Below, piece after piece: positions 24,161-36,415 of a stretch of DNA of 64,000 nt. Location of the stretch: NCBI GenBank assembly GCA_003971905.1, contig RSEE01000018.1:1-64000 (forward strand), written 5' to 3'. The notes beneath the pieces were generated by a model. That model was not told the DNA's origin, did not search any database, and saw only the letters and a program-made list of their open reading frames with translations. The stretch is from Moniliella sp. 'wahieum'. Taxonomy: Eukaryota. How positions within the stretch are numbered: position 1 is the first letter of the stretch; each line of letters begins with the position of its first letter. Position numbers and translations under genes: made by a program.

Positions 24161-27100
24161 ATGGCTGTCTGCTCGTCGCCCGAGCCACTGGCCTGCCCTC
24201 GCCTGCAGCCTGAGTGCGCCGGCTCTCCGACGCTGGCGCCTCCTCCCCGCCGCTGCGCTCCTCCTCCCCGCCGCTGGCGCCTCCTCCCCGCCGCGCCTGC
24301 AGCGCGCGCGCAAGCGCACCCGCCTTGCCGAGCAGGTGCGTCTCGCCCATGCCTCCGCGCTCCGCGCCCCCGCCGTCGCTCGTGCTGCCCCGCCCGCCGC
24401 AGCCGCAGCCGCAGCGCAGCATGCAGCGCTCTCGACGACGACGCGCTCTTCCCTCCAGCCGCCCTCCAGCCCCGTGCCCAACCCCTTCGCTGCGCGCCCC
24501 CCGCGCCTCGCCTCGCCCCCCCCGCCTCCCCGCCAAGCGCAACCAGCCCAGCACACGCCGTCCCAGCCTGCCTCGACGCCCAAGGGCCGGGTGCGGGGCA
24601 CGAGGAAGCGCGCGCCGCTCACCGCCCACCTCCACACGCTCCCTTGACCAGCTACTTTGCCCGCCCCCCTCCTGCCCCCCCGCCGCTTCGTCCCCTGCGT
24701 TCGGCAGCCTCCGCTGCTCCCCTGGCCCCGACGCGCCCGACCCGCCGTCATCGCCCAGCCAGCGAACGCACGCCGCTCGCCGCGACCGCGCAGCATCCAC
24801 GCTCCTGCTTCCTGCTGTCGCGCCCACAGCATCGACCGCAGCCGCCGCTCCGCCATCCACCCCGCATCTGCACCTACCGCTTCAACGGCACCAGCCGTGG
24901 TTGTATCGACATCCAGCCATGCCGATGGCGCGGGAGATTCGACAAGTGCCCAGCACACGTGGAGCCGAAGACACCATGGCCCTTTCCCAAGATGCGCCGC
25001 CAGCTCCACCAGGTCAGGAGGGTATCAACATGTCCTTGTCACCCGACGAGGAGCACGAGCCCAATACCAGCATGCCCTTGCCGCCCGACGAGGAGCAGGA
25101 GCCCAATCCCCTTGGCACCGCTGAGGACGAGGGTCAAAGTGTTCTGTCCTCCGTTGTCCACAATCCGAACCAATCCCAACTGAAACTGAACCCGGTTTAG
25201 GCATCAACCAGGCCGAACCCACGTCGCCCTGCCAGCTCAACGAGCCCACTTTGATGCTGCAACAACCCACGGATCCTTCCAAACCGCCACTGACGGACCT
25301 GCCTGCGCTTGGCACCGCATCAAACTCCTTCCTAGCAGGCCAATCGCCCGCGAGCAGTCTCACCTCCATATCTTCCTCATTCGAGGATAGCAGTCCCCGC
25401 CTCTCACAGGATGAACCTCAAGACGAAGCAGTCAAATCGGTTGGACCTGTTGGCCCTCGATGCGCCACCTTCCCCAAGCATTCAGGGTGGCCCCTCACTA
25501 TCGGATACCAATACAGAGAAAGACGTCTTGCGCCCTCCCCCCAAGCCGTCCTCCCCTGTCCACAACGGGACACTGACACCCTCAATTGGAGGCAGAGTTG
25601 AGCTTTAGTGACGAGGGTATCCTCTCACCGATGCTTTCGAAGCGGAGTCATCGGCCTCACCTTTCAAGGAGCCTAGTACGCGAAAAACGACACCACGGTT
25701 GACTGAGAGCGACAGTGACAGCGACGACGACGGGTTTGTTCTTCCAGCTTCGTTTCTACCCAAGGCACTTTCTCCAGTCCCAGACCCAGTCTCCGCTCCC
25801 CCCATCGCCCCGCCCAGGTCGGGAGAGTCATTCTTGGAAGCTATGCGGGCCCGTGCCGCGGCGCAACGGCGGCTCAAGTGTCTGCTACTTTGCCCGCCAC
25901 GGCCGATCCGACGGAAGATTTGTTGGCCAAGTTTCGAACGCAGGCGGCTGCGCGTGTCGCGCGCGCAGAGCAGCCAGCCCATTCCGATCGTGCCCCCTCC
26001 CAGCGTGCTCGAGTCTTCCATCGAAGGGGGTGCACGACGTTCCACGCGGACCCGTATGGCTCCTTCTCAAGCTCCTTCCACCCTGACTCAACCCTCCAAA
26101 CCGTCCACTTCTCGTTTCTGGATCGGCTCTTGGCTCAGCCCAAAGGAGCGCACTTCTGGGACCGAATCCTCGGCCATGGACGAGTTTAGTGCCCGCGTCT
26201 TGGCAGATGTCGAAGCAGGTCGTCACTTGGAGGACGAGGAGGAACAGGAGCCGCAGCGGCAATCCGAACTGATGGTCCTGCACCAAGAGCAGGCGCGGAT
26301 CCGTGCGAGCTTCTTATGCTCGGTGGTCCCAGCTGGGCATGTTGGATGAAAGGACCGATGAGGGGGACCAGGCATGTGCCCCCAAGGAGGACCTGCCCGA
26401 GACTGGGGTTGAACCCGAATCCAATATGCGCGCGCTGCTGGCGCTTCAAGCCCACGCATTTTCAAGCGCAAGCGTCTGGCTGACTCTTCTCCGACGGGAA
26501 ACGAGCAGTACGAGTGCGACCGAAACGTCGCCGCTCCGCCGACCCAGGAAGCGCACCACTAAATCTACCAACGAGGTAGATGTGGTGAAGCTGGTTCAGC
26601 AAGACGCTAGGACCCTCTCTGGTCCGAGTAGCGAGTCAGCCCTAGCAACCTTGTCGACCGCTGTTCTTTGGTCCACATCCTGTCCACCTACCCCGACCAA
26701 CTCCCATCTTTCCCCTCGGTGGAGGTGGACGGAGCCGCTCAAGAAGAGTGGAATCGACTTGGGTCAAATGCTCCGGTACGTGCGATTTTCCTATCTTCCC
26801 TTGCGGGACCTGCATTCTGACGCTCTCTATCTGTTGACAGATCCAGTCTTTCTGTGCTTACCTCGAGATGGGCTTCTTGACTGTGGATCGCCTCGCTCTG
26901 GCGAACAACCTTGGTCCGACGGGCCAATTGGGAGGCTGGCTGTTATCGCTTAGCCTACTGGCTCCCAATCCCTTGGCTACTGTGGTGGCCAACGCACTGC
27001 ATACACTTACTCTTTCGTCATCAGGCCCTGTACGGGAAGCGCTACTCCAAGGCCTATTGACCCCTACCTAGTGCGCTCTTTGCCATGGGAGCAACGGTCG

Positions 27101-28142
27101 AGGCCATCCGCGTTGTGTTCCCACACAGTATGATTGGGAACAGCGCTGCTCCGCCCACCCCTTCTTCCGGGGACAAGGGAATCGTCCTTACTCGCCCGGA
27201 GCGGACCGCCCGCATGGCACGTGCCTTAAACGTGGTGCAGGATGTAGCCCGGTTCAGTCTCTTGCCTCATTCGAGGGTGGACTTGGCAGTTTTCACCTTG
27301 CGTCTTGATGGACCATTCGAGGCGCCCGCTCACCCGCTGCCGCTCTGTATGCCAAGATTTGGTCGACGGGCCCGAGACAAGGGTGCCACCCCGGTGGAGA
27401 TGACCGCCGACCAAGTGGAACAGTTGCTTCACCGCACCTCACACTTTTTCCGCCAGTTGCCCCTGACCGAAGTCTGTTTCGCTGCGCTGCACTGCTTCCA
27501 CTTAGCTCGGACCAGTGCAGAACGATGACGCGACGACTGAGCGCATTGTGTCTCTTGTCGAACGACATTTCGTGCGATTCGGCGGTGGATCCGGATGCTG
27601 CCACTATCACGCGGCTTGCGGTTCTGTCGGAGCAGGCGGCGCACAATGCGCAACTACGAGGCAACCCGTACGCGCCGCCCACCGCGCAGGACGAGGAACC
27701 GGATTGGGCTCAGATTCGTGCCGCAGCGCACCTCACCACCTTTGTTGTGGGGGACGTTCGGGCGTTGCGCCCCAGCAGTCCGCCAGCTCGACCCGGCCGT
27801 AAGTCGCGCGCGACCCAGCCAAGCGCCACTGCGCCTGCCCTCGTTGGCGCCGGCGAGGATGGAGCGAGGACGGAGGCGATAGAGGCGATGGAGGCCCAGA
27901 AGGCGGCTCTCGTCCGTCTCGAGGCCGCGCTCCGGTTCCACAACGGAAGCATTACGGATCACAATGGGGCGGTGTTGGAAAAGTCGATGGCGCGCGATGC
28001 GCTGCTGCGAGCCTCGCTGCAGTTGCGATACCTCTTGCGCGCTGTGGGTGCAACCCACGGGGGATCAACTAAAAGCGTATGGCCCGTTGGATGGGTCACT
28101 TGGCCATTGGCCACTCGGGACACGATGTCCTTTCTTGTGTAG
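24161..28142 (+). CDS. large hypothetical protein: disordered S/P/acidic N-half, helical C-half
   Basis: Chain of overlapping + strand ORFs (24214, 25251, 25699, 26303, 27085, 27525) with protein-like composition. Intron-like GTACGT...TTGACAG at ~26776-26840. Confidence 0.55.
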
Positions 28143-28289
28143 TCCTTATCTACCTCGTCTCATTCTCTTTTGCGTTGGCGATGGCAATTTTCTTTGCTTA
28201 TAGGATGGGCACAGCTGTCTGCAAACAATTGGTAGGTAATAAGGAAATGGGAAAGGGAGATGGATGAGTCGAGTGGCATGTACGGTAGG

Positions 28290-29446
28290 TTACTCGAGAA
28301 TGATGTACTTTTGCAAGTGGGCAGGAATGGCGTCCAGCAGGCCCTTGGATTCGAGCCATTTGCGGGAAAAGAGGCGGGTCTGGTACCGGTACGCGCCATC
28401 GCACAAGATGGTGACGACGATCTTGCCCTTGCCCAATGCCTCGCCCATCTTCTTGGCCGCCACCACATTCAGCGCCGACGACGCACCAATGTAGATCCCC
28501 TCTTCGTCGAGGCAGCGGTACACCATTTCGATCGTCTCAGCGTCGGGGATGCTGACACTGTTGTCCAGTAGCTCGAGGTCGGGGCGCAAGTTGTCGGTAA
28601 TGCGACCTTGGCCAATACCCTCGGTGATCGAGCCGCCAGTACGGTCCATCAGCTTTCCGCCCGATTGGATGTACGAGTGGAGCACGCTGCCGGGAGGATC
28701 GGCGAGCCAGCATTGGACCTTGCCCTCGGAAATGTCCTTGAGGTAACGCGTTGTGCCAGCCAGCGTGCCGCCCGTGCCGGTCGCCGCGACAAACCCATCG
28801 ACCTTACCGTTTGTCTGGGCCCAAATTTCGGGTCCGGTCGAGTCAATGTGGGCCTGCCGGTTGGCCACATTGTCAAACTGGTTGGTCCACACTGCATTGT
28901 CCAGCGCTTCGGCGTGCCGACGCGCCTGGTGGTTGTAGTTGTCGGGGTTGTCAAACGCCACGGCGGGCACGGGGTGAACTTCGGCGCCCAGCATGCGCAG
29001 TAGATCAATCTCTTTTCCTGGCTCTGGGTTGGGCATGTAAATCACGCACTTGTACCCCTTGGCGCGGCACACATGCGCCAATCCGATCCCCGTGTTGCCC
29101 GCCGTACCTTCCACCACGGTCCCGCCCGGCTGGATCAAGCCTTTCTTCTCTGCATCCTCCACAATCCACAACGCCGCCCGGTCCTTGACGCTTCCTCCCG
29201 GCTCCATAAACTCGGCCTTGCCGTAAATCTCGCGCCCGTCTCTTGGCTCAGCTTGGCCAGGCGCATCAACGGCGTGTTGCCCACTGCGCCCACAAAGCCG
29301 GCACAGGCTGGGCGTACTTGCTCGCCACGTCCGCCGAGCGCACCGCGCCGACGTGGACAGCAGACGCGAGGCAGGCAAGCCCGCCCGCGCAGCGCAAGCG
29401 AAGCGAACCGCGCGCTGAGTGTACGTCCGAGCACCGAAGCAGCCAT
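28290..29446 (-). CDS. cys11: cysteine synthase (O-acetylserine sulfhydrylase), mitochondrial-type presequence
   Basis: [27 protein letters not shown] (PLP lysine), [43 protein letters not shown] and TILCD. Presequence [20 protein letters not shown]. Confidence 0.95.
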
Positions 29447-29563
29447 CGTCCCCAGCAGGAGTTGGTTGAGTGGTGGCACAACGAGCAGAGCGCAGAGCAA
29501 CGCCCGAATCTTCCGGTGGCTTTGGCGGAGATATTGGTTGACACCGAGGGACGGTGCCCGTCA

Positions 29564-29573
29564 ATGACGCCAT
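29564..29573. promoter_or_regulatory. candidate CYS3/MetR binding site ATGACGCCAT
   Basis: Exact match to the Neurospora CYS3 consensus ATGRYRYCAT, ~120 bp upstream of the cysteine synthase ATG. Confidence 0.55.
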
Positions 29574-29661
29574 CGAAGGCAGCCGCCCGAATCCCCCAAC
29601 GTTGCAAGTTGCACCAAAGCCCCCGTTCCGCCGCCAATCATTAATCAGTCCCAGGCATCGG

Positions 29662-29697
29662 CGTAATCAACGTAATCAACGTAATCATCGTAATCAA
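29662..29697. repeat. 4 x 9-bp tandem repeat CGTAATCAW
   Basis: CGTAATCAA CGTAATCAA CGTAATCAT CGTAATCAA. Confidence 0.9.
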
Positions 29698-30112
29698 CCG
29701 GGTGATATTGAGTCCACTTTTTTGTAAAATTTCCCCTCCGGCACGAGATGCGCTCGAACAACCAACCCCATCTCACCCCCCGACCTTGGACACGCCGGAC
29801 AGCCTGCCTCCCCATGCGACGCGCGACACGCCTGCTCTTTTGGCTCACATTCCAGCTGCAAGCCTACCACCCACCTTGCGTAGTACCCCGCACAGAGGCC
29901 CTTTTAGAAGAGCTGGGAACCTGACCAACAGAGTACATACAACATGCAATCATGGCATTGGGAGAACAATCGATGTGGCGAGGATGAGGGAGGGGAGAAG
30001 ATCCGATGTGAGCGTGTAGAAACACAGGTTATGCAATGCAGAGCGGGAGGAGGGGTACCAGGCTTGGGAGAGGAGGGCTGAATGGGGAGGTAGCATGCGC
30101 TGCTGGAGCGTA

Positions 30113-32444
30113 TCAGCTGCTGAAGGGGACCAGACGCCGCAACAGTTCCGAGCCGGCGAGGTTACGCTCGATCTGAGCTGCGCCCTTGACCTTGTTGCCA
30201 TTCTCGTCGGTAGAGCCCGACATGACCGACTTGTTCTCAATCGAGCGGCGGACAAGGTAAGGCATGACGAGGTTGAGCGGGCCATAGGGGATGTACTTGA
30301 GGACCATGTGCGGTCCCGCCCCGCCCGAATACGGGTCAAACGCAAGCTGCAGACGGCGAGTCAGGCCATCGGCCATGCCAAGCAGTTGGCCAAACACGAT
30401 CCTGCCACGGATGTGCGGCTCGAGCTGGAGCATGACCAGCTCAGGCTTGTCCGTCGCAGGTACCACCTGGGCATCCGGCTGCTCGTAGTGGTCTTCCACC
30501 TCTTTGAGCCGCTGCGTTGGGGGGCGAGGCCAAGCCCAGATCGACCATACGACGGGCGACCTTCATGCTGCTCTGCCAGTTGTGCGTGGCAAAAATGACG
30601 CTGATCCTAGGCCAGTGGTCATCATTCACCGCAATGTCCGACGCAATCTCGTCAATCAACCGAACTGCACACCCATCAAAGCAGCGGTCCGTCAACGTCT
30701 TGTTGCGCCACACGGGCGACCGCCATTCCGACTCCTCCTCCCCACTCTTCGTCTCGGCGCGCACGAGAGCTTCAGCCTCGTCGAAGCAGGCGGCGTCAGA
30801 ACATCCTTCTTAGCCCACTGCTTGTTCTCCGACTCGACGTACGCCCCGCGCACCAGCTTGACGCCCACAGTGTATCCTTGTGCGCGAGCCCGCTCAATCG
30901 AGGAGGCCAGGTACGAAGGCGTGCGGCGCAGGTACGCCTGGTACGTGTTGAAGACCAGGGGTCCGGGCACATCCTCGCTCGGCACAGGCGGGGCTGGGTC
31001 CGACGAGCTGGATGAGCTTCCCCAGGGGAGCATACGCCTGTACCACGCGTCGCGTGCGTTGCCCCCCGCTGCGAAGCAGGAGGAATCCGATTAAACTCGT
31101 TGGCCAACGCCTCGTACATGGCATCAATCGCAGGTTGGAACCAACTGTACTCTGCATCCACCACCAGTCGCACATTGCCCACGTCGCGCGCCTTGATGGC
31201 CAACTGACGGAGACTCTGGTACAGTTCCTTGAGCGATTCCTGGTCTGCCCGGGGCAGGCCAGCAATGGGGATGGCCAGGCCGGCCGCGGCCAAAAGCCGC
31301 CGTTCACATTGAAAGGAGGTGCCGGCGTAGGCGGGGAAGAAAAGTGCTCGCGCGGAACGATGACGCTGCTGGCTCGCTCGAGCACAGTGGGATTTGAGCG
31401 CGCCTGAGAGTTTGATGGCAATCATGGTGGAGCCATTGCGTGAAGGACGATCTTTCAACTCTTGTGCTTCTTCCGCAGAAAGAGCGCCTTGCGAATCTGG
31501 GATGTGGGCAAAGCGGCCAGCCACTTCAACCGACTCCATCAAGTCGTCGATGATCGAGTCGTAGATAAACCGATACTTGGGCGGAGCAGGATTGGCTGCT
31601 TCAGCCAACGCGGCCTCAGCCTCCTTGCCCCCGCGGCGCATGCGGATGCGGTGTTTGGCCTGGCGAGTCATGGCGTCCAGGTCGGTCGTCGACCCATCCG
31701 TCGAATGGATCATCTCGACGCTAAAGTTGAGCAGTGCGCCAAGATTGTCGCGGGACAGGTTTTGCATCAAGGGGATACAATCCTCGGCACATTCCGCGCC
31801 GACAAACTGATCAGAGAAGAAGATGTGAGTTCATTGGAAGAACAAAGCGGACGAAAAAGCAGGCATATTGGGGACGTACTTGCTTGAAGAATGTTTGTTC
31901 GATAAGCCACGTCGTAGCCATGCTGACACCAGGAATCGACGTGGTCAGCCCCCAATCAAGCAACCCGGGCGCAACGTCAATCAGCTGGGGAATGCAGCAC
32001 ATGGAGTAGACAGCAAAGCGAGAGAGCAGATCGCTGGTCGACATGTGGCGGAAGGGGCGTGGGTCGACATAGGTAAGAGCTTCGCCGTTGACAGGGATGA
32101 GATGCGCCTCTTCAAAGGGCACCCTAGAAGCGCCGAGACCCGAGAGGGCATTGCGGTTCTTGATGACCGACTCTTGCGCTGTTTCGGGGGAGATATTGTT
32201 CTCGGTTTCAAGATCGAGCAGGTCGAGCTTGGGTTGCTGGGCTGACTCGGCAAAGAGCACACCGCCCGACTGGACGGTCGCCAGCAGCACCGCGAGCGTT
32301 GCGGCGCCAGTGCCCCAGCGAACATAGTCCGTCCGCCAGGGAAGGGCGAGGGGGGGCGGTGGAGGCGTGGCGAAGGACGAGGTGAGCGCGGCGGCCAGCG
32401 ACAAGGCCAGCGCGGCGCGCAGTGGCACTCACAGGGAAGAGCAT
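30113..32444 (-). CDS. PUT1: proline dehydrogenase (mitochondrial)
   Basis: IAIKLS, VRLVVDAEYSWFQPAID, NTYQAYLRR, GVKLVRGAY, FATHN, FGQLLGMAD and KYIPYGP...PYLVRRSIEN. Intron at ~31823-31879. Confidence 0.93.
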
Positions 32445-32781
32445 CCTCGCAAACAGCTGCAGCAGGGGGCTGGGGCGGGGGGGGCGATGGAAGGACGGCG
32501 TTTTATACGCGGTCACCCCCCGCCCGTTCGAACGCAACGCCAATTAAACCGAGATAAATTGATAGCCCGTCCAAGGCTTGCAAAGGCGTATAACCCGCCC
32601 CTGCTATTTACCCGTCCCACCCGGCGCCCGAGCAGTGTGCGAAATCAGCCGCCGCTGGGCCAGTGCCCGGCACGCAGGCACAACACTGCCCCCCTGCGCC
32701 AGCAACCAGCAGTCACGCTAGGGTTAGTCACGCCTGCTGTCTCTCAGATCTCGCATCTCAGTCTCAGTGCGACGGTCGGAA

Positions 32782-34142
32782 ATGTCAGATTCCCATTTTT
32801 CCCAGACCATCTCGAGTATCCTCGACCGCGTGCGCTGCGCGTGGCAGCACACGTCAGATAGTGCGCCGGTCGCCCTGCGGCAAATTTCACCCATTCACCC
32901 GACCCGCAGGCTCAGCAGGGCGCAGCTTGGCAGCACCAGCCTCCCGCACATCTCCATCCCCGCCCTCGGATCTCGTTGCATCCCACAGATCTCCTCGGCC
33001 GAAACACAACCCGGAAGTTTGCCATCCACCACACGCCTCCTGTGCCGCCCCGCCCCTCGTCGCTGCCCATGCCCACCGACTCTCCTCGAGGCAGTCAACC
33101 TGTGCCACAACCACGACCCGTGGTCTGACCCTGGCTTTATCAAGCTCGTTCATGATCCCACAGGCCGCCACCTCGTCCCCCCGCGCCACGCCACCTTGGC
33201 CGCCGAGCGGCCCGAAGCGACCGCCAGCGTTATTGGCTTTGTTTCGCGCCATGTTCTCCCCAACCTCATCCGCGCCGGTATCGCCGCCGCGTCGGAGCCA
33301 GCAAGCGATGCAGGCACCCCCACCAGTCTCGCTTTGGTGCAGGCGTCATCCCCCAAGGGGGAGGAGGCCCTGTTCCTCTACCCTTCTAACCTGAGCTACG
33401 AGGCGCGGACACAGCAAATGGCCTCGGTAAGTGCCGCTCTTCGCGCTGGGCCAGAGTTCCCCTTTGTGGCCAAAGGATGGCGAGACGAGTTGTACACCAT
33501 TTATGGCCCCACTCCAGGTCAAAACTCTTCTCGATGGAGCGGAGCGTTTGCTCCTTGTTTGGCTTTGTCACCTTTGGTGTTCATGCCACCGCGTACACAT
33601 TGGGTGCCGATGCTCAATTCCATTTCTGGGTCCCGCGCCGGTCCGCCACCAAGCAGACCTGGCCGGGTATGCTGGACAATACGGTCGCTGGTGGTTTATC
33701 GGCCGGGGAGCGGCAAGTGGATGCGATGGTGCGCGAGTGCGAGGAGGAAGCCGGCCTCCCTGCTGACTTGGTAATCCCCCGTCTCAAGTCGGTAGGGACG
33801 ATGTCCTACTTTTACCTCTCGGGCCAAGGTGCTGGCGGGCTGGGCCTGTCGCAGCCAGAAGTGCAGTACTTGTACGACATTGAGTTGCCGGACGACGTGC
33901 GGCCGCACCCGGTGGATGGGGAGGCGGAGGAGTTTACGCTGTTCTCAGCTTCCCAGGTGCTTGAGGCGATTCGGACGCGCCAGTTCAAGCCCAATTGTGC
34001 TCTGGTGTTCATCGACTTTTTCCTCCGCCATGGCCTGCTGACCCCCGAGACGGAGCGGGACTATGCATTGCTCCCCCGCGTCTTCACGCCGACCTGGGCA
34101 TGGCCACGCCATAACCCAACCTCATGGCGTATATCTTCATAA
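32782..34142 (+). CDS. Nudix hydrolase, YJR142W/Tnr3-N type (thiamine-diphosphate-related diphosphatase family)
   Basis: GWRDELY, MERS..SLFG..TFGVH, WVPRRSATKQTWPGMLDNTVAGG, Nudix box RECEEEAGL, QPEVQYLYD and FKPNCALVFIDFFLRHG. Confidence 0.88.
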
Positions 34143-34491
34143 TCTGCTCTGGTACGGATGTTATGCTATGCTAGGTAGGTTACTGTGGCCGGCCACCATG
34201 GATGGCGGGCAAGGCATCTTGGTAAGGAAGTGTAGGGACATGCAGCAACGATGATTTACGATGGATGATGGATGAGTCGACGAGACTCCCTGAGGCCTGG
34301 GGCCCCTGCGGCCTGAGGGTTTCCGCGCTAGTTTCCGCAGCTGCGAAACCGTCCGTTGAAATTACGTCATGTCTGCGTCCACTGGCTTGGTGCGCGAGCT
34401 GGATTTTTTTCTTCGCCCCGCTGCGTAACCCAACACGCTCCCTCGCGACCAACCCCCGACGCTCCTTGCCCTTGTCCACCGCTTGCCCACC

Positions 34492-35693
34492 ATGAGTACC
34501 ACCGTCCAGAAGATCGCTGAGATCGAGTCCGAAATTGCTCGGACCCAGAAGAACAAGGCTACTTCCTACCATCTTGGCCAGCTGCGTGCCAAGCTGGCCA
34601 AGTTGAAGCGTGAGCTCATTACGCCTTCGGCGGCGGCGGTGGCGGCGGTGCTGGTTTCGATGTTGCGCGTACAGGCATTGCCTCGGTCGGATTCGTTGGA
34701 TTTCCCTCAGTAGGAAAATCGACATTGATGTCCGGGTTAACTGGCACGACCTCCGAAGCGGCTTCGTACGAGTTCACTACGCGTACGTCTCCGCCCCTCT
34801 CGCCCCTGAGTTGGACTCTTCAGTTACTGACCCTGCTTGTAGTGACGACGGTCCCGGTACGATGCTGGTGCATGGTGCGCGAGTTCAGATTCTTGATCTG
34901 CCTGGTATCATTGAGGGTGCTAAGGACGGAAAAGGTCGTGGTAAGCAGGTCATTGCCGTCGCACGAACCTGCAACCTGATCTTTATTGTGCTAGACGTGC
35001 TCAAGCCCATTTCTCACAAGGCCATCATTGAGCGCGAATTGGAAGGTTTTGGAATTCGGCTCAACAAGAAACCCCCCCTCATCTCCGTCAAGAAAAAGGA
35101 GAAAGGGGGGATCAACATTACCCACACGGTGCCGCTCACCAAAATTGACCCTGACGAGGTGCGTGCGGTGCTGTCCGAGTACCGCATTTCCAATGCTGAG
35201 GTGGCATTTAAGGAAGCTACGCTGGAAGATCTGATTGACGGTTGAGGGCAACCGGATGTACGTGCCGGTCATCTATGTGCTGAACAAGATTGACGGCATC
35301 TCGATTGAGGAGCTGGACCTGCTGTACAAGATCCCACATGCCTGCCCCATTTCGAGTCGCCTTTGGCTCAATGTGGACGAGCTGATCGAGCAGATGTGGG
35401 ATCGGCTAAACCTGGTGCGGGTGTACACGCGACCCAAGGGCCTGGCGCCCGACTACACGGCACCAGTTGTGCTCCGCACTGGGCGTTCGACTGTCGAGGA
35501 CTTTTGCAATGTGGTACACAAGGATATCATCAAAGAGTTCAAATACGCTATGGTCTGGGGCAAATCGGCCAAACATCCCAAGGGCCAACGGGTGGGCGCG
35601 GACCACATCCTCCAAGACGAAGACATTGTCTGCATTTTCAAAAGTAACCGCTGCCGGCCAGCTGGCGTGATGATTGGGGGGAAGGGGGGGTAA
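34492..35693 (+). CDS. RBG1: DRG-family GTPase Rbg1/DRG1
   Basis: [73 protein letters not shown] and a C-terminal TGS domain. Intron at ~34783-34842. Confidence 0.96.
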
Positions 35694-35921
35694 CTGCTCA
35701 AGCGCTGACTCTGTACCCTGTCTTCCCCTCCGAGTCCTTTATGCATTGTACATGCTCTACATGGTGTACGGATATGCGCAAATGTGAGGCATTGCAGCCA
35801 TAGGCGGCGCAAGGGAGGTGAGGATTGAGACTTTGCCGGGTTTCTCCAATACGGCTACTTGCAGCGGGAAATCCACATGCGCCCTTTAGGTCCATAGGAA
35901 AATTAGGGAAGTTACCATCGT

Positions 35922-36019
35922 GTTCTATTAGCTCAGTTGGCTAGAGCGTCCGACTGTTATACACACGGCCTGTGCCCTATGGCATCGGGAGGTCGTTGGT
36001 TCGAGCCCAACATGGAACG
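35922..36019 (+). tRNA. tRNA-Asn(GTT) with a 24-nt intron (35960-35983)
   Basis: Acceptor stem GTTCTAT/ATGGAAC and D arm TAGCTCAGTTGGCTAGAGC. Anticodon stem TCCGA/TCGGG with loop CT-GTT-A|A. T arm GTTGG-TTCGAGC-CCAAC. A T6 Pol III terminator follows. Confidence 0.95.
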
Positions 36020-36415
36020 CTTTTTTGCCAACAAAGACAAATTCTTCTTCACTCCCTTGGACCACCATCAACAAACCCACTGTCCATGGCTCCTCCGGCT
36101 CCCTGTCGGCAGATCAGGTTCGCCTCGGTCCTTCGGCTTCCACCTGCGGTATCGTCCCAGCGTGACAGATTGCCCCTGTGTGCCTCACTGGCCCCGTGCC
36201 TGGTCCGGCCTCCTACACAGATGCCTCTGTACCCAGGTCCGACTCAAGCTTCAAGCTTCAACCATCCATCACCATCTCCTGATCCGGATCCCTAGTAGGC
36301 CATCAACTACTGGACTTAAGCTACAAACTGCATGTTGTGGGCAGGGAAACGAACTCATAGGATTAAATGTCCCTCAATTCACATTGAAAGACGACGGAAG
36401 GCACCGTGGTCATAA

